A stretch of 64,000 nt of DNA from Hydrolagus affinis. Taxonomy: Eukaryota. Shown here piece by piece: positions 57,782 through 64,000 of the stretch. Made by a program: the position numbers and the translations under genes. The stretch lies in the NCBI GenBank assembly GCA_012026655.1, contig JAAILG010000602.1, positions 1 through 64,000 of the forward strand, read 5' to 3'. Position 1 is the first letter of the stretch, and each line of letters begins with the position of its first letter. The notes below the pieces were generated by a model. It was not told the DNA's origin. It did no database searches and was given only the letters and a program-made list of their open reading frames with translations.

Positions 57782-58060
57782 CTGTGAGATATAATAAAGA
57801 CATGGTTATTGTAATACCTATATATTCCAGGGTGAATATCAACAGGCTCAAAGGGAATGAAACAATAAAATCAACAACAACATCGAACAGAAAGACATTG
57901 ATAGAGTGAAATGGACAGATAGACTGGCAGAACTTTCAAAAAAGTTAATGGCCTTACCATAAAATAAATCATGGTCAAAGTTGTATCTCCTGAGAAATCA
58001 ACCGAGCTCTGTAGCGATGATAGTCCCACGTTAAAACAGTGTCCTTTCTATCTGTAATCA

Positions 58061-58708
58061 GGACTCCCTCTGCCTCCCTGTCCTCCTGGAACTCTCCACT
58101 GCCTTGACATAGTTGATCACGCCATTCTCCTCCACCACTCCGTCCTCCATGCCTTTGTTACCTCTCAGCTGGACCACTCCAACACCCTCCTCGCTGGTGG
58201 TCTTCCCTCCGCCAACCATTCACAAAATCCAGCTCATACATAACTCTACCGCCCGCATTCTCACCTGCACTTTACTCCTCAATTACCCCAATCCGCGCCA
58301 GACTTCACTGGCTCCCTGTTACAGAATGGATTGACTTCAAGTTCTTCACTCTTGCGTTCAAATCCCTCCATTCATCCGCACCCTCTTCCTCCCTAACCTA
58401 CTCTCTCCTCACAGCAGTATCCACTGTCTCAGCTCTATTGTGTCTGGCCTCCTCGTCCCCCGAATCCTCCACCATCGGCAGCTATGCTTTCAGTCACTAT
58501 GCCCCGAAACTCTGGAAATTCCTCCCTCAATCTCTCTGTCTCATGCCCTCCTTTTTCATTTTCATGTCTGGCCTGAAGACCTTTCTGTTCGACCGGGCCA
58601 ATGTTCACCTTCCCCCTTCACCCACTCGGTCTCGGGCTCCGCTATTGAGAAACACTCCTAGACGCCATCTGGCATGGAGGGTACCATATATAAATCCAAA
58701 TTGTTGTT
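58061..58708 (+). mobile_element. L2 LINE 3' fragment
   Basis: IQLIHNSTARILT, AFSHYAPKLWKFLPQSL..LKTFLFDRA and ttgttgtt tail. Confidence 0.82.
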
Positions 58709-59057
58709 AAACATCCCCATTCTCAAAACAAGTATCAACTGAATTAACGGTAATACTAATGGGGAGTTTTAAATGGATTTACCTTTATCTTTACTGACTT
58801 TGTTCTTCTGTTCCTGATTAAAAATTTGACTGAACAGGATAAGCTGTTTTGTTTTAACAGGATTGAACACAGTGGCCAACTTCACAACTGGCTGAACCTT
58901 TAAACTATACCTGGCAGTCATTGGGTATCAGATGAAAAAAGGCAGGTACCGTTCATCTCTGGCAACGTTACAAATCTCACTGAAGGCTCAGTTAGCAATA
59001 TAAGGCATGGCAGTACAAATGTTTAGTAACTTTCCATTACAAGCAATCTGCATAGCA

Positions 59058-59595
59058 GTAATAATAATCCTTGCATTTGGTATTGTGCTTTTCATACCTT
59101 CTAAACGTCTCAAAGCGTTTCAAAGAATATACTGTAAAATGAGTTGACTATATTTGTGGGCGAAATACGTGAGCCAGTCATGGATTGAATTGACCAATCT
59201 ATTATTGTTTTTTGGAGGGATTATTATTAGGCTTGTGGAGTAAAGAATCTTGTCCAAGGTTTTGCCCTGCCTGGAATCAAACCCAGGTCTCTCGCATATA
59301 AGGCAAGTGCTCTAACCACTGATCTACAGAACTCTTGCATTTCAGATAGCACCTTGTCAGATTGTTGAGACATCACAGAAAAAACTGTGAAGTGAATTAG
59401 CTGTATATTTTGTGAGAGAAATGCAGCAGCCAATTGCCCACTTCTGTGTCCCACAAATAGACTTGGATTGAGTGACCACATTTTTTTTTTAAAAAGGAGT
59501 TATTATGTCTTAGGTTTAGCTCTGTCTGGGTAGCAAACCCATGTCATCTCACTTGCGAGACAAGCACTCTAACCAATAGGTTACAGGATTCCACA
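59058..59595 (-). mobile_element. Two tandem tRNA/Deu SINE copies
   Basis: Tails at about 59058 and 59333; heads ..gctctaaccactgatctacag and ..ggttacaggattccaca. Confidence 0.8.
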
Positions 59596-60149
59596 GTATG
59601 CAGAATGGTGCACTCTGTTCACCATTGCAGTATTATGCAGTATTACTGCAGTATTATTCACAGGGGATTAATGCTTGCCTGCGAGCAATAGTTTGAGGCA
59701 CAAGCTTTTTTGTGACCGGCCGACACAGCACCAAAGGTTTTACCACGTAAACAGCAAAAAGGGTTGGCTGATTCTCTTTACAAAAAGCGGAGTTAAAAAT
59801 CCCTTATAAGGCAAGTAAGTACATTTAATGATGGAACCCGCTTGGGATCAACTGGTGATGGGGCCTAGGTGGGGGTAAAACGAGAAAGCAGTTATTCACA
59901 GACAACTGCAGTTCCACGGTGCCTCTCAAGAGAGAGGCAAGCTTTCAACAATAATAATATTAATCCTTGGATGTGGTATAGAACCTTATCACATTATTGA
60001 GATTTCTCAAAGCTCGTGACAGAATATATTGTAAAGTGAGTTAGTTGACAGTATAACAGCACACCCATGATGCATCAGAAACAACTCGTGTAAAGCACCA
60101 ATTTGTGCCAGGACAACTGTTTTGTTAGTGAAGTGTTTCTGATGAATCA

Positions 60150-60305
60150 AATATTTTCTTCTCTTTTGGGCAGTCCTCCCTGGTAGAATTCATCAATACT
60201 TTCCAAGACATCAGTAACTCCCCTGGATTCATTCCTGGTTTCCAAAAGCGACAAACGGAGAACTTTGCAGTATGGAATAGGTTTTATCGAGTGCATTTCC
60301 ATTGC
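60150..60305 (-). pseudogene. B3GALT5-like 3' end relic
   Basis: ttgggcagtcctccctggtagaattcatcaatactttccaagacatcagtaactcccctgga closely matches 63757-63817; has indels and lies between SINE pieces. Confidence 0.75.
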
Positions 60306-61959
60306 CCACAAATATTTCACTTTACAGTAAGTGAAATATTACTGTGGAGTAAGGAAACTTTTGCCCTTTTGAAGGTTCTGCCCTGCTGGGAATTGAAACC
60401 ATGTCTCTCGCTTGTAAGGCAAGGGCTCTAACCACTGAGCTACACGATTCCACAAGAGTCTGAATGGAGCAGATATTCAGTATGTGGAGTCTCCCATCGT
60501 CTCCCTTCATTGATTGAATCAGATCAAAGGACGCATTTCTAACTACAATCCTTGCATTTGATACAGTGCCTAGTCAAGTTATTGAGAGTTTCAAACAATA
60601 TATTGTAAAGTGGAATACTGTAACTGTGTATATTGTGGGTGAACAAGTGATTAAGTTGTTTTACAGAAATTAAGGATCAAACAGAAAATTAATATTCGCC
60701 AACAACTATCTACACAGAGAGAAAGAGCTAACAGATCCATATTGAAAATCATATCACTAAACAGTAAAAATTGGGACAGCCTCCAACCTATGATTTTGAG
60801 GGCTATCAGAGGAACTGCTTCTGATGCTACAAATGTACCTCTTTCAGAGTATGACTGGTAGAGGGATGAGGAATCCGGAACATTTGTGGTTTGACCTAAG
60901 ATCGCTGAGCAGCAAAGGGTTAACAGCAATTCACAGTAATCTTAGTGCATGTAGTTACAACAGAGTGTAATAAATAGATTTATCTTCTTCCGCTTCTTGA
61001 TAATGATGATCTCAGTTTTACAGTTACAATTTATTGACCTTGGAGGGAGTTTGAAATAGGCTGGTAACATCGGCAGTGATGCGATGTGAAGATAAGAGCT
61101 GTAGATTGGGTCCGCGGTAAATTGGGCTTGTGGTATATTGGGTTTCTTAATTTAAAACCTTTACTTTTGAACAGCAAAATAGAGATTCATTCTATTTTTC
61201 TCTGTGATCATCCGATTTCTCTGGTAAAAAAGAATAAATGTCCCACAAATTGTCATTTCAACGTGGAGCATTTAATTTAGTCTAGCTCAGAGGACATTGA
61301 AAACCTTCACTAAAAGCCATTTGACCCATATATCTCAGTTGGAAACAGTTTTCTTTTTATCACAGTTGTAATCGACAAAGATGTTATCAACAACAACAAA
61401 ATTGCACTTATATAGCGCCTTTCACGTCGGGAGGACGTCCCAAAGGGGTCATATACTAAATGATAAATATTAACAACATGTTCTGAGCATCGCTTGGTGT
61501 CTGAAGTTTATATAAACTATTGAATGAATTTCTTCTGGATTGCCTCAATAAATCTCACATCTAATCCAAGTGACACAATTTATTCAGTACAGTACAACAT
61601 ATATTTATATAACGTCTTTCAGGATAAAAGGACAAAGTTGATTAACAATGCTGGACTGGGAATCCGAACTGGGGGTGAGAACAGAGAGGGTTGAGGGATA
61701 GGGAAAGAAAAGACGATTTAAATTGTGTTACATTTTGTTTGTTTTTAATTTCAGATATACCTTGAAAGAGAGGAGGGAGGTAGCCAGTCACGTCACCTTT
61801 TGTGAGTCACTCATTGTGCAAACATCAAACAGGATGTTATTAGCCCTTTAGTATGTTCTTGTTTCACATATATCAAACTTTACAGCTGTATGTTCAATCA
61901 AGGCAATTGTGGGGTTTATTTAGGTGCATGTAAATAATGTTGGACTTATAGTTACACCC

Positions 61960-62500
61960 TCCCTGAATACAATAACTGAAAAACTATCTCTCTTGTACCA
62001 CTCTCTCCAGGAAACTAAGACCCTCACCTACAGTTTTATCACATCCAGGTTCAATTATTCAAACGCCCCGCTTGCCGGAATACTCAGCCCCTCCATACTT
62101 AAACTTCAGAGCATCCGGGATACTAATCTCATGTCCTCTCCCGCTACAGAGCCTATCATCCTTGTTTGAATCCAATGGCTCCCCAACTCCGAGCAGATCA
62201 AATTGAAGATCCACGTCCATGCAATGAAATCTGCCCATGACCTCTGCCCACCTTCCATTGTGAACTCCTACCACCTACCACCTATCTCCTACCCTAACAC
62301 CTTCGCCACTCAATTAACACTAATTGTTTTACAGCTCCTGCCCGATCCTTTACACCAGTGGTAGAGCGTTAATTCTTCTGCCCTAAATCCCTGGAATTCC
62401 ATCCCAGAATCCCTCTGACTTACTCCCTCCCTCCCCACTTTTAAAATTATCCTTAAGATTTATCTTTGTGTCACCTTCCTCCAGCCCCATCCTTCTGGGT
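61960..62500 (+). mobile_element. Old L2 ORF2 3' fragment
   Basis: TKTLTYSFITSRFNYSNAPLAG..LQSI; ccctggaattccatcccagaatccctc. Confidence 0.65.
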
Positions 62501-63732
62501 CTTAAAACAACAATACACTTTTATCTATAAAGTACGTATCTGTATGTGTTTGAATAATCATTAAATCTAAACAATGAAATTGCAAGAAATAATTAAGTGA
62601 ATTAAAATGCATATCATTTAATAGCTCTAATAATGACCAAAATGATGATAACACTGGAAAATGTTTCTCTTGAGCCAGAGCTCCAATGTCCTCTATTTTC
62701 TACAGGTATCTTGTGTTTCTTACTGAGACTCGTAGTTTCTGCAGTTTTTGAATTGCAAAATATACAACAATACATTTTAAAATATAGTAGAACTCATGTA
62801 AATCTGATGTGTATCAATTATGTAATCGTCAAGGACCTAGGTTATGCATCCACCCAATTCTCATTCAAAAGTCAATAATCTGTGCCCGTTTTACTCATAC
62901 TTCACATAAGTCGTATCAAATGTGTGATCCCACTGATTCGACTTGTGTGAGGTTTACTACACCCCCATTCCCCCCCTCTTCCCATCACTGACTGGAAGAG
63001 AGGCACAGCTGGGACATAAAACAAAGAAGCCGGAATTGGTTGACATGCCGGATGATATCATCCCCCGGGCCAGATGAAACCCATTGGTTGCCAGTTGGAC
63101 CAACCTCCTGTAAAATATATATATTTTTGATAACCAGCTTCTAACATCTGTGGAAACCCATCACTATACTTTGGACTTTCAATAAAGCATTGAAGCTGGC
63201 CTGCATCACATTATACAAAACAAGTTACATTTATCGAGTGCTTTTCATGTTGGAAGAACAGGGGAATAAAAAATGAGTTGAAACTATTACCCAAAGGAGG
63301 CAACTACAACAATTTGCTGCTCTAATATGTATCTTACTGGAATTCAACCGAAGTACAGTAATTAGTTCAAATAGTAGTGTGGAGCTGGACAGGTACAAGG
63401 AAGTTAATTGTTCTTAACTCAACGGACAATCAACGAATGGAACAGGCTGCCAGGAAAACAAGTTGAGGCCAGATGCTGTAGATGGGCGGACAGTTGGGTG
63501 GGTGTTCTGGAATGATGAGATTGGATGGGCCGAAGGGTCTTCTTCATCCGAATCGATCTTGTGATCTTGTGTTAATGTGCAATGACCGTGTATTTTGCAA
63601 ATCTGTTGCATGCATCAATAAATGTTATATCCTGCTGCATACAAAAATATATTCCGCAGTGAAGTAATAAGTCATAACTTGGGGGACAAAATAACATGTG
63701 CAGCAGCAAATTTGTTATCAATGCGTTCCCGA

Positions 63733-64000
63733 TCAATATGGATTTTTTCTGTTGTTTGGGCAGTCGTTCCTGGTAGAATTCATCAGAGCTTTCCAAGACA
63801 ACAGTAATTCCTCTGGACTGATTCGGTGGAAGGTCACCAGTTTCCGAATGCGGCAGACATGGAACTTTACCTTATTAGTAAAAAATACTTGACTTGAATA
63901 GATTTCCACTGGAACGATCTTCAGTTCAGCCAAGCACAACCCGATGTATACGTCCTCCAGCTTAAACTTGGCCATTTGCGCTGAAACCTTCCAAATTTTT
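63733..64000 (-). CDS. B3GALT5-like paralog, 3' part of the coding exon (5' part lies beyond the window)
   Basis: KIWKVSAQMAKFKLEDVYIGLCLAELKIVPVEIYSSQVFFTNKVKFHVCRIRKLVTFHRISPEELLLSWKAL..CP is open to the stop at 63733; paralogous to 56753-57020. Confidence 0.8.
   Translation of the reverse strand, partial: KIWKVSAQMAKFKLEDVYIGLCLAELKIVPVEIYSSQVFFTNKVKFHVCRIRKLVTFHRISPEELLLSWKALMNSTRNDCPNNRKNPY

Noticed and set aside
57958-58051. Possible 5' UTR exon of the B3GALT5-like copy (cag| to ATG|gtaagg)
   Set aside because: Splice sites are plausible, but the acceptor abuts an L2 fragment and there is no independent support.

Overview
Vertebrate genomic window. Its repeat content (tRNA-headed Deu-type SINEs, L2 and CR1 fragments, LF-SINE-like relics) suggests a cartilaginous fish; this is an inference. 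It holds the conserved LAMC1-SHCBP1L-DHX9 block: LAMC1 coding exon 1 (- strand), a complete 10-exon SHCBP1L (+, 618 aa) and a complete DHX9/RNA helicase A (-, 27 coding exons plus a non-coding exon 1, 1367 aa). All exon phases were checked by hand. After a 100-N gap comes a tandem B3GALT5-like cluster (-): two relics, one copy broken only by a 72-nt retroposon insertion, and one copy running off the window edge. The most notable unannotated signal is in DHX9 intron 6, which has no recognisable repeats. It carries a candidate 135-nt PTC-containing poison exon, with a multi-helix RNA structure over its likely branch point and a long duplex downstream, suggesting structure-based autoregulation of a dsRNA helicase. 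Repeat family names come from recalled consensus sequences, not database searches, and repeat boundaries are approximate.
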